From the IMG/VR virus record IMGVR_UViG_3300016744_000005, positions 32,001 through 96,000 of that record: 64,000 nucleotides of DNA; one strand, given 5' to 3'. Under the pieces are notes generated by a model. That model ran no database searches and was not told where the DNA came from. It saw only the letters and a list, made by a program, of their open reading frames with translations. The translations under genes and the position numbers were made by a program. This document shows, piece by piece, positions 28,455-37,150 of this stretch; positions within the stretch are counted from its first letter, which is position 1, and each line of letters opens with the position of its first letter. Source of the DNA: a virus (taxonomy: Duplodnaviria > Caudoviricetes).

Positions 28455-28529
28455 GTAAACCTCCGCGCTTTAAGCACGAATAATGATTAAACCAATGAGA
28501 GATTTCCGTACCAGACCAGGGTACCTAGG

Positions 28530-28540
28530 ATAATATATAT
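28530..28540 (-). promoter_or_regulatory. Early-promoter-like motif ATATATATTAT
   Basis: Same 11-mer as 34774-34784; intergenic. Confidence 0.6.
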
Positions 28541-28561
28541 CTCTCTTTGGTTACGTTCTAA

Positions 28562-28939
28562 TTAGTAGACCACGTGCTCAGGTAACATCGGGTTACCTAC
28601 AGTATCTAATATACGTTGTAAGTAAGTATCACCGATCAGGTTCTTAGCTGTCTTCGATACTAATACTTCAATGTTATTATCCGTTAATCGTGTACACAGG
28701 TGTTTAGAGGCACTATGCCAGAAATTCGGTTTAGTTGGATGGGCTTCTACAAAGCATAACTCTGTACCGCTATCAGTAAAGATATATAGACGAGGCTTTT
28801 CAGCAGCCCCTGGTGCAAACGACATCGCCATCGGTGTTTTAGAAATCGGTAGATGACTTACTTCGTTTAACAACGCTTCAAAATCACTACGGGTTAAATG
28901 CACAGCACGAGTGTGAGATTTACGACGATCAATTAACAT
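28562..28939 (-). CDS. Hypothetical protein; start revised to MLIDRRK
   Basis: SD AAGGA upstream of ATG 28939, just after the sbcC stop. Confidence 0.7.
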   Translation of the reverse strand: MLIDRRKSHTRAVHLTRSDFEALLNEVSHLPISKTPMAMSFAPGAAEKPRLYIFTDSGTELCFVEAHPTKPNFWHSASKHLCTRLTDNNIEVLVSKTAKNLIGDTYLQRILDTVGNPMLPEHVVY

Positions 28940-28952
28940 AATAGAAATCCTT

Positions 28953-31430
28953 TTATTGCATGGTAACATGCTGGTTATAGACAGTAGGTAGTGTTACCCC
29001 ATTAGGGTCGATTACTACTGCCGCAGCATGAGTTAGTTGATAATGAGTAGATGCATCGTGGGATACCATAAATACTGAGGAGTGGTGTCCACGGTCTACC
29101 AGTGATTTAATAAAGTCGATCATCTTTGAACGATGGTATTCATCAAAGCCTGACCCGAGTTCATCTAAGAACAGTGGAAAGCCTTCTAGACCCATCGCTT
29201 TATAGACAGCTAACATAAATACAAAGTTAATAACTTCTTTCTGTCCTTTTGAACCTAAACTAATATCCGGGATTTGAAAGTCAGCATCATTAGCCCAGAA
29301 TGGGAACTTATAATCTAGCTCGCCGTCAGTCACATCACACGGCAGTATACGCATCTCATAACCCCAAATCCGATTTACATAAGCAGTCATGAAATCAGTG
29401 ATTTTAGTGATACATTGATACAGATGTTTAGCGAGGATACCGACATCGGGTGATAACGCCCGGATTATCTTCGATACTGCTGCTTGTTTTACTTCTAACT
29501 GGGTCAGATGAGCCTCTAATCGTACTAACTGTTCACGATCACGTTCCATGTCTTCATATCGCTGTTTGGCGATAATCAACACATCCCATAGTTCCTGACG
29601 ATGTTCTTTGATAGTAATCGTACGAGCCTGTGAGATCAACGTAGCGACTGCTGACTGTCTTTCTGATACTAACTGACCAATCTGTCCATCGATGCGCTGT
29701 AAATGCTCCATACGCTGTTGTGTGTTATCTAATAACGTTAACTGTGCATGTACATCACGTTGACGTAATTGGATTTGCGCTATCTGCGCATCTAACTCAC
29801 CACGTATCACTTTTAACTCACCGATGTTTTCAGTTTGAGTAGCTTGGATTAAACGAATGTCATCATCTAAACGACGACCACGGAACTCCAGTCGTACTAA
29901 CGACACTGCACGCTGTAACTCCTGTCCGAATCGCTGTACTACAGCAATATGCTCGCGTGGTTGTGTGGTATATGCAGCTACAGAGGATAAATGCTCGAAC
30001 AGTACTGTAACAGGACCGGTACTAAACCGTTCCAATTCAGAGAGCTGTCGCATCGTTTCTGTTAAGCCACGATAGACATCAATCTGAGACTGTAACTCAG
30101 CTAACTCTGTCTGTGTTTTACCTAGTAGCTCTCGTCCCTGTACACACTGTTGTTGTAACTGTGCTAACTCGTCAGGACGAACACCCGGTTTAAACTGGTG
30201 TTTACATTGTGGACAATCTACATCGGCGGTATGTCCGATATGTTTTAAGCGATCCTCACGCAGTGCTATCTGATTCGTGATCTGGTTGATACGTTTTTGT
30301 AATTCACCACCTTGAGCCACTAAAGTCTGGTAACGTTCACCGAGATTATCAATCGGGTATTGTCCACCTAACGCCGTTAAACCATCAGTTAACGTATCGC
30401 TAATGTGGCGATAGCCATTGACTGCTGTCTGTAAAGCAGACTCATCGTATTCACGCAAACGTGGGAATTGCCAATCTAATGCTAATAAATCCGACACCTG
30501 GTGGCGTAGATTATTTAACTCTGATTGTAATCCCTCTAAATCTACACGTTCAGTAGAGTCGAATTTCTCGATACGTTTCACGATATCTTCTACTTTAGAG
30601 AGTAAATGATCCTGAGTGGTCTTTAAAGCCACTAGATCGCACTCTAACGCATTTCTATCTATATTGATGAGTGATTTATCACGGTAGACGTTAGATTTCA
30701 ATATCGTTTGATTGAGAGCGTTTAAAGACACATCGATCTGTGCGATAGTATCTAACGATACTGTGCTCTGTTGTGGTGCTCTGGCGATAGCACGATCCAG
30801 TAACCCGATATCATGCTGCAATACCTCTAAACGAACACGCAGTGCATCTCGTTCTTCGGTAGACTCTAATACTTTAGGTTTTAGACTACTGATTTGATTA
30901 CGGGAGTCTTTAATCGCCCCGGTTAAATCGCGGTGACGTATTTTAGCCTGCTGAAAGAACTTTAAAGCGTAGGATAAATCAGATTCTGATAACTGACTAA
31001 ACCAGTAGCGTCTATCTGGTGTCCGCATCTCAGTAAATAGCGTTTTACCCATTAAGATTTCATGCAGGTCTTTACTATAGTGGAATAACTCCTGTATCGT
31101 GGTGTTGAACACCGTCGGATTAGCGTTCTCTACCAGATACTCCATGGTCTCGAGATTCTGAATAGAACACTTGATCCCTTTTTGATTAATACAGGTTAAT
31201 TCATACCGAGTATTCTGGAAGTTGACGATCTGGCGCCACACACCACCCTCGGTGATATCGTTCTTATTCGGGGCCTGTGGCGGGAGCATTGACATCAGTC
31301 GTGACTTACCAGAACCATTACGACCTAATATCAAGGTATATTGACCAATCTCAGTTAATTTAAACCGAGAGATATTATTTAACCGCATACCAGTAAAATG
31401 ATCTAATTGAAACTCTTCGATTGCGTACAT
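28953..31430 (-). CDS. sbcC: SbcC/Rad50-like SMC ATPase (phiKZ gp165-like)
   Basis: Walker A GRNGSGKS, coiled coils, zinc hook CPQC, signature SKGQ, Walker B LFLDE, H-loop VSH. Confidence 0.93.
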   Translation of the reverse strand: MYAIEEFQLDHFTGMRLNNISRFKLTEIGQYTLILGRNGSGKSRLMSMLPPQAPNKNDITEGGVWRQIVNFQNTRYELTCINQKGIKCSIQNLETMEYLVENANPTVFNTTIQELFHYSKDLHEILMGKTLFTEMRTPDRRYWFSQLSESDLSYALKFFQQAKIRHRDLTGAIKDSRNQISSLKPKVLESTEERDALRVRLEVLQHDIGLLDRAIARAPQQSTVSLDTIAQIDVSLNALNQTILKSNVYRDKSLINIDRNALECDLVALKTTQDHLLSKVEDIVKRIEKFDSTERVDLEGLQSELNNLRHQVSDLLALDWQFPRLREYDESALQTAVNGYRHISDTLTDGLTALGGQYPIDNLGERYQTLVAQGGELQKRINQITNQIALREDRLKHIGHTADVDCPQCKHQFKPGVRPDELAQLQQQCVQGRELLGKTQTELAELQSQIDVYRGLTETMRQLSELERFSTGPVTVLFEHLSSVAAYTTQPREHIAVVQRFGQELQRAVSLVRLEFRGRRLDDDIRLIQATQTENIGELKVIRGELDAQIAQIQLRQRDVHAQLTLLDNTQQRMEHLQRIDGQIGQLVSERQSAVATLISQARTITIKEHRQELWDVLIIAKQRYEDMERDREQLVRLEAHLTQLEVKQAAVSKIIRALSPDVGILAKHLYQCITKITDFMTAYVNRIWGYEMRILPCDVTDGELDYKFPFWANDADFQIPDISLGSKGQKEVINFVFMLAVYKAMGLEGFPLFLDELGSGFDEYHRSKMIDFIKSLVDRGHHSSVFMVSHDASTHYQLTHAAAVVIDPNGVTLPTVYNQHVTMQ

Positions 31431-31475
31431 GTGAAAGCCTATCGAGTATAAGTGCTATACGATAGCTATTTCGGG

Positions 31476-31504
31476 TAAAAAAAAAGAGCCCACTTAAGGG
31501 CTCT
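31476..31504 (-). terminator. Intrinsic terminator
   Basis: agagccc-acttaa-gggctct with an A9 tract on the left. Confidence 0.8.
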
Positions 31505-31524
31505 AATTAGTTATGCACGATTAT

Positions 31525-33465
31525 TTACGGGATTATCGACTCTGTTAAAATAGCCGCAGGCAGAATACCCATAAAGATAAAATGGTGCATAGTGGATTCT
31601 GGATCTGATATATCAATAATTGCATTGTCATAATTACCGTGTAACAACTCGTGGCACTGATCGATAGTCAACATCGTGTGGAGCGGTGTGATGTTCCGGG
31701 CAATTTTCCGCAGATCGGCGGCAGGAGCAATTTGCCGTAATACATCGGCATGGATAAACCCAGGGTATTGGTAAGTTTTTACATCCCCACAGATACTCAA
31801 CAATTTAACACGGCGTTTATACCCGAACCGATTTAAAGTCTCTTTTAAACGATCCACGCTTAACCGAGAATCAAATTCACTCGGTACAGGTGTATTATCT
31901 ACGGTATCGCCAGTTAATACCGATAAGACTTCTTCATCTGACATAACACTATCTACCATCACACGCGCAGTAGATTCATCTGGGTCAGACATCACTACAC
32001 CACGATACCCTAATCGCTCTACACATTTTAACAAGCTATCAGTCGATTGATTATTAGCGTGTATGTGGGTATTGAAGCGATTAATCCACTGGGCAAATTT
32101 AACAGTCTCTAAGAGCTCCTTATACTTAGGGCTAATAATACCATTGTAATAATACACACCCAGTACGTCACCGTGTTCCAACATCCCATCAAATCCCCAA
32201 CATTGCAACAACTCGCGGATATCAGCTTCTGATAACTTTGAGTTACGCAATACAGTTACTGCATACTCTGGTTTTTTAATCATCTCCTCTAAATCAGATA
32301 CATCCTGAATGTCGGTCAGCAGATCCACATGGTTAGCGGCAATTATGCCATGATAACCATAAGTATTTTGGAACAGGTGTTTAACATCGTAAAGATCCAA
32401 TAATTTAACATCGTATCCTAACTCAGTTAGTGCGTGTTCCATATCAGCCAATTCCAAACTACTGTAAATGGTAGTATGTGGAGCTGGTGTATCGATAGGT
32501 CGACGAGACGTACGTGTTGGATGTACTTTAGCGTCAACGCGTTCCGCATTAGACACGTGTCCTACACGCTCAGGGTCCAATACATCGCGTAACCGCAGTG
32601 ATGTGTTTTGTGTCATGTCACGACCACTCATCTCACCCAATCGCAGTCTCCGTGAGTCCTGACGTATGTCGCGTCGAGCATCATGTGCCAGCATCGGATT
32701 TTCATGACGTGCTAACTCAGCGCGGCTACGTGCATCGAGTGTAGGTGCCTGATGGCGTCGTACTGTGCGTCCTATCATTTGCAAATTACAACCATACTGA
32801 CTTTCCACAGCGACTACATATGTAACTCCGTCGATTGTTACAGGGTAATAATTTTTACCCGATTGTTTAAATGGTGTTGACCGTACCTCTACATCGGGCT
32901 GCAGTTGTGTTACCTCTAATACATCGCTGTAATGCAATACGTTAGTAAATGGTAACTTACCGACAATTAGATACGGTAAATCACTGTCAGGTAATTCAGC
33001 CACGTTAGCGACATTAAACACCAATGGACCTATTACTGTATATCCGAGATTAACCAATTGATGCAAATTACATTCTGGTGTATATTGCCCGAAGTGCGCA
33101 CTATTGGTAGTACGTACCCCGCTACCTACGGTAAACCATGGTTCTGCTGTGACTTCTCTACCTACACACTCTTCCACTGCCCATAAACCATCTGCAGTGA
33201 CTATAGAGTCGTGCGACATTTTACCACAGGCTTTCATGGGAACCCGCAGCGCATGTAAACGTATGGTGTCAGAAACGACCACCGGCGGTCTGTCTACAAA
33301 GTTTTTACTCAACTGGTGGATGTCGCCACCGAACGTGTATTCTTCTGGCAGGATGTATGCAAACCCATTAGAGATTTGTAATTGTTCAGCATTATCAGAA
33401 ACGATCTGTGCGATTTCATTCAGCGTAGCTAAACGTACTTGGTTATTAAAAATGATGTATTCCAT
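31525..33465 (-). CDS. Hypothetical early protein: N-domain paralogous to 33530..34399 plus five ~60-aa repeats
   Basis: Shared motifs with the neighbouring gene (FNNQ, ADG, W..VGSGV); repeated S.L.....L...GY...Y.G.I units in the C-terminal half. Confidence 0.8.
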   Translation of the reverse strand: MEYIIFNNQVRLATLNEIAQIVSDNAEQLQISNGFAYILPEEYTFGGDIHQLSKNFVDRPPVVVSDTIRLHALRVPMKACGKMSHDSIVTADGLWAVEECVGREVTAEPWFTVGSGVRTTNSAHFGQYTPECNLHQLVNLGYTVIGPLVFNVANVAELPDSDLPYLIVGKLPFTNVLHYSDVLEVTQLQPDVEVRSTPFKQSGKNYYPVTIDGVTYVVAVESQYGCNLQMIGRTVRRHQAPTLDARSRAELARHENPMLAHDARRDIRQDSRRLRLGEMSGRDMTQNTSLRLRDVLDPERVGHVSNAERVDAKVHPTRTSRRPIDTPAPHTTIYSSLELADMEHALTELGYDVKLLDLYDVKHLFQNTYGYHGIIAANHVDLLTDIQDVSDLEEMIKKPEYAVTVLRNSKLSEADIRELLQCWGFDGMLEHGDVLGVYYYNGIISPKYKELLETVKFAQWINRFNTHIHANNQSTDSLLKCVERLGYRGVVMSDPDESTARVMVDSVMSDEEVLSVLTGDTVDNTPVPSEFDSRLSVDRLKETLNRFGYKRRVKLLSICGDVKTYQYPGFIHADVLRQIAPAADLRKIARNITPLHTMLTIDQCHELLHGNYDNAIIDISDPESTMHHFIFMGILPAAILTESIIP

Positions 33466-33529
33466 GGAGAGTATTCCTTATAGAAGTAAATAGATTAGGT
33501 AGTACTTAGCACTACCTAATTAGTAAGTA

Positions 33530-34399
33530 TTAATTATCGATAGTGCCAATAAAACGAGATACATCATCGTATACACGTCTAGAGCATCTTACCCCTAGTA
33601 CGAATGAATTACCACGACGACGATCGTAGTCTAGTGACAAAAGCATATAGTGCAATGTAGGGAAATTTTCCTTTATCTTGTTATTTAACTCAAGTTGAGA
33701 TAACTCAGACCAGAATCGTAGATCCACCGTATCGTGTGGATTAGATACTAAGGTATGGTGTACCAGCAGATATTGACGGTCGCCATCTGGGAACAGTAAA
33801 GTATAATCACCACTATTGTTGGTAAATTCATTGTAATTGTTCAAGCCAGCCAGCTCGATTTCACTGAGTGTCCATTCTGGCATTACTGCACAATGATTTA
33901 TGACAGTATAGTCTCCTAAATCACTACGGGCTAGTGACTCTACATCTGCTGCTTTAATGACATAATCGTTTATCACGAGGTAACTAGTTAAATCAGTAGA
34001 TGCTATCCCTACACGTTTACCAACATTATTAAACACGTGTTTTACACCACTGCCAACACGGTACCAAATGTCGGGTTTACATAAAGTGGTGTGCACATAC
34101 AGTAATTGGTGACCATCTGCGATCACCACAGTGTCGTAGTCTAACCAACCTATACCATTTTGTGCTACATCTGTAGTGTATAACTGTACGTATTCGTTAG
34201 TGTACACTGGCGTTTTAACGATGTTATTAATATCGATATAGCCTGTGTATCGCATGCCATTAGGTACGCCGATTAAATACCCATCCAGATTGATTACTTC
34301 ACCTTTAAAACTCTCTGGTAATTTATTTACATCAGAGTGTGGTATGATGAAAGCTTGGTTATTAAAGTAGATAGGGGTTTTATTAGTTTTTGCAGCCAT
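33530..34399 (-). CDS. Hypothetical early protein, paralog of the 646-aa N-domain; start revised to MAAKTNK
   Basis: SD TAAGGA upstream of ATG 34399. Confidence 0.78.
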   Translation of the reverse strand: MAAKTNKTPIYFNNQAFIIPHSDVNKLPESFKGEVINLDGYLIGVPNGMRYTGYIDINNIVKTPVYTNEYVQLYTTDVAQNGIGWLDYDTVVIADGHQLLYVHTTLCKPDIWYRVGSGVKHVFNNVGKRVGIASTDLTSYLVINDYVIKAADVESLARSDLGDYTVINHCAVMPEWTLSEIELAGLNNYNEFTNNSGDYTLLFPDGDRQYLLVHHTLVSNPHDTVDLRFWSELSQLELNNKIKENFPTLHYMLLSLDYDRRRGNSFVLGVRCSRRVYDDVSRFIGTIDN

Positions 34400-34462
34400 G
34401 ATAGTAATCCTTATAAACATGTTAGTAGTTAGTAGCGCTGTGCGATACACAACGCATACCGA

Positions 34463-34720
34463 TTAATAATTATCAATTTCATCGAGTAAATAAGCAATAC
34501 CTACACGAGTTAATGACAGTGTAGTCATATCTTCGTAATCGCTAACTTCTTCGATAGCGTCCAAGATGGACTGCTCGTCTTCACCGACAGCGTGTTCATG
34601 GCCCTGGTCATCTACACGATACACCGTAAATGCATCTGGCTCACGACCATCATCTAACTCTTTAATAGCCTCTACATCATTACCGTCAATTAGTACTGGG
34701 TGAATCGCATAATGGGCCAT
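34463..34720 (-). CDS. Small highly acidic early protein
   Basis: 85 aa, 23 D/E vs 4 K/R; SD TAAGGA; first gene after a promoter motif. Confidence 0.8.
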   Translation of the reverse strand: MAHYAIHPVLIDGNDVEAIKELDDGREPDAFTVYRVDDQGHEHAVGEDEQSILDAIEEVSDYEDMTTLSLTRVGIAYLLDEIDNY

Positions 34721-34773
34721 AATCGTATCCTTAGTTAAATTCTATAGAAGATGCATTGGACTTAATGCATGAA

Positions 34774-34784
34774 ATAATATATAT
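34774..34784 (-). promoter_or_regulatory. Early-promoter-like motif ATATATATTAT
   Basis: Followed by hairpin atgcatt-ggactt-aatgcat at 34751-34770. Confidence 0.6.
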
Positions 34785-34816
34785 CTGTAATTATTTTAAC
34801 TACAATGGAGTAACTC

Positions 34817-35800
34817 ATGGATACCTCACAACTACACTTACATTCGATTGGATTAGTCTCTGCGAATAAACCGATGTCTTCACAAGAGATCTCTGTGATC
34901 CTGGTAGAGTATCGCTTTTCAGAGAACGAAGAGATCCTCACTAACCCTACTAAAGACACCACACAATTTCAAAACAAAGACGGTACTCAAGAGTCGGTAC
35001 AAGTTACCACGGATAACTCTATTACTGCGACTTGGTTTAAAGCGAATACCAACCGGGTTACTCCACCTGATGTCCGTCGTGGCGATAAAGTTAAAATCTA
35101 TCGTTTAGGAGATTCAGATAAGTACTATTGGGAGGATATGAACTCTGAAGGAGTAAAACGGTTAGAAACGGTCGCTTGGTCATTTAATGCGGATCCTGCG
35201 AATGCGACTAAAGACGATCACTCTAACGCCTACGCTTTTGAAGTCTCTACCCACAATAAAACGATTACACTATCTACCAGTATGGCCAACGGCGAGAAAG
35301 CCCAGTTTACTGTACAGATCAACCCAGGTGAGGGTATTATCGCTATAGAAGATGAGAAAGGTAATTACGTCTATTTGGATTCACCCAATACCGATATTAA
35401 GTTTCAGAATGCTAATGGTACCTTTACCCGTCTGAATAAAAAGAATATCGAGCAGTACGCCCCCGATAGCATGTTCGTTAAAGCTCAGAATCTCATCGAC
35501 TTTAAATGTAAAGATTTTAAACTGTCCTGTCAGACTGCGTATGTGTCGTCACAAACCACTACTGTAGATGCCACTAAAGTTACACTGAATGCACCACAGA
35601 CGACCTGTACTGGTAATCTCACTGCCCGCTCACTCTCTATCGGTGGTGCTGGTGCATATGACTCAGGCTTTGCGGAGATTCGAGGTAAAGCGAGATTTTA
35701 CTCTCCAGTAATATTTGATAGTTCGGTAGCATTTAAATCCAGTACGTCATTTGATGGACCAGCTGCCTTTAATGGTGGTACCTCAGGTGATCGTACTTAA
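34817..35800 (+). CDS. Baseplate central spike-like protein (phiKZ gp164-like)
   Basis: OB-fold-like N-part (NRVTPPDVRRGDKV.IYR), then beta-strand repeats typical of gpV/gp5/VgrG spikes (VTLNAPQTTCTGNLT). Confidence 0.7.
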   Translation: MDTSQLHLHSIGLVSANKPMSSQEISVILVEYRFSENEEILTNPTKDTTQFQNKDGTQESVQVTTDNSITATWFKANTNRVTPPDVRRGDKVKIYRLGDSDKYYWEDMNSEGVKRLETVAWSFNADPANATKDDHSNAYAFEVSTHNKTITLSTSMANGEKAQFTVQINPGEGIIAIEDEKGNYVYLDSPNTDIKFQNANGTFTRLNKKNIEQYAPDSMFVKAQNLIDFKCKDFKLSCQTAYVSSQTTTVDATKVTLNAPQTTCTGNLTARSLSIGGAGAYDSGFAEIRGKARFYSPVIFDSSVAFKSSTSFDGPAAFNGGTSGDRT

Positions 35801-35810
35801 TACAGCATAG

Positions 35811-35840
35811 GTAGAGAGGAGCCCTAGGGCTCCTCTCTAC
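35811..35840. terminator. Perfect 30-bp palindrome between convergent genes
   Basis: gtagagaggagccctagggctcctctctac. Confidence 0.75.
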
Positions 35841-37080
35841 TATATACGTGCTTGGTAGTTAAACATACGCGGTTGGATCGTGTCGACCCGATGTTCGCCC
35901 ACTAACGCGTCATTCACCCGTGATTCATTATACCACGTGGTCGTCATAAACGCATAGTAAGGTAAGTGCGAGTGTCGGGTTTCCAGAGACCAAATACCTG
36001 CTTCCCAATGTGGCCAGTACTCTAAATTCCGACCATGCTGATCTACCAATAATCCTAGGTCATAACTATCTGACATCAGATAATTACCCTGGAAGGCGTT
36101 GCGATCAATTGGAGTTTCCACCTGATACATATTTGGGTTATCAAAGATTACCACAAAACTATACGGTGAGGTAACATATTTTAATACTGCGGCATCAGAG
36201 CGCATTTTCGATACTACCGCAGAGATCTCTACGTCATCACATTCCATAAATGACAGGTCTAGATGTTTACGAGACGTTAGTACTCGTTCGGCTAACCGTA
36301 GATTACGCAGTGAGATCATGATCGTTTGATCACCCACTACTCGTACGAAACCATCTAGTAAATGTAGATACCCACCTAGGACGATGCCGACCGTTTTGTT
36401 TTTGAGTGATTTACCGGTATTGATAATCAAACGATTATAATACGTAGTGGTGTCATCCACTTTAAATACCATCTGTGGAGTTAATGGTACTTGATCTAGC
36501 GTACCTAATCGTTCAAAGTTTAAACAGCCAGCAGTTAGATCAGTCGCTTTCCGGATAATATCCCCAGCACCTTGTATCCGTAGTCCATAGTCATGATAGG
36601 TAGTCGGTAAGAAAAACCCACCTACCGACCACAGTGCGTTTTCATGTAAGTACTGTGGGGTTACCTTAGGATGGGTGACGATCACGTCGTCGTAGTCTTC
36701 TAAGGCCACTACATGCGATGGATGATAACCACGTTTCGCCAACTGATAATTACCACCTTCTTTATAAGCTAATGGTACATATTTAGCAGTGTCAGTATTT
36801 AATTCAGGATAACCTGCATTAAGTATTAAATTACGCTCACCGAGTGAATCAAACCATGTACGAAAGGTGTCCGCACTGTAAACCAGTTCAGATTCATAAT
36901 CGTATAGATTTAACGTGTAGGGTTGTGCAAACGCATCTGCTACGGCGATCTCGATATCACGGTAATTTGCATACAAATCACTGCATTTCATATCTAATAT
37001 ATTCACCAATAACCAACTTTGGTTGGTCTTAGATCGAACCACTGCCGGTATAGCCGGTAGGTGTATAACGTGCTAGCCAT
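35840..37080 (-). CDS. Probable virion structural protein; true start 37080 with a one-base frame break near 37045-37055
   Basis: Strong SD AAGGAG plus ATG 37080 (MASTLYTYR) is out of frame with the 400-aa ORF (AVVRSK...); the GTG at 37042 has no RBS; divergent from the tail cluster. Confidence 0.65.
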
Positions 37081-37150
37081 GGGACACTCCTTAAAATGAT
37101 GGTAGCCAATTCTATGCAATAATTAATATTTCCCACTGAGGATATGTGAC

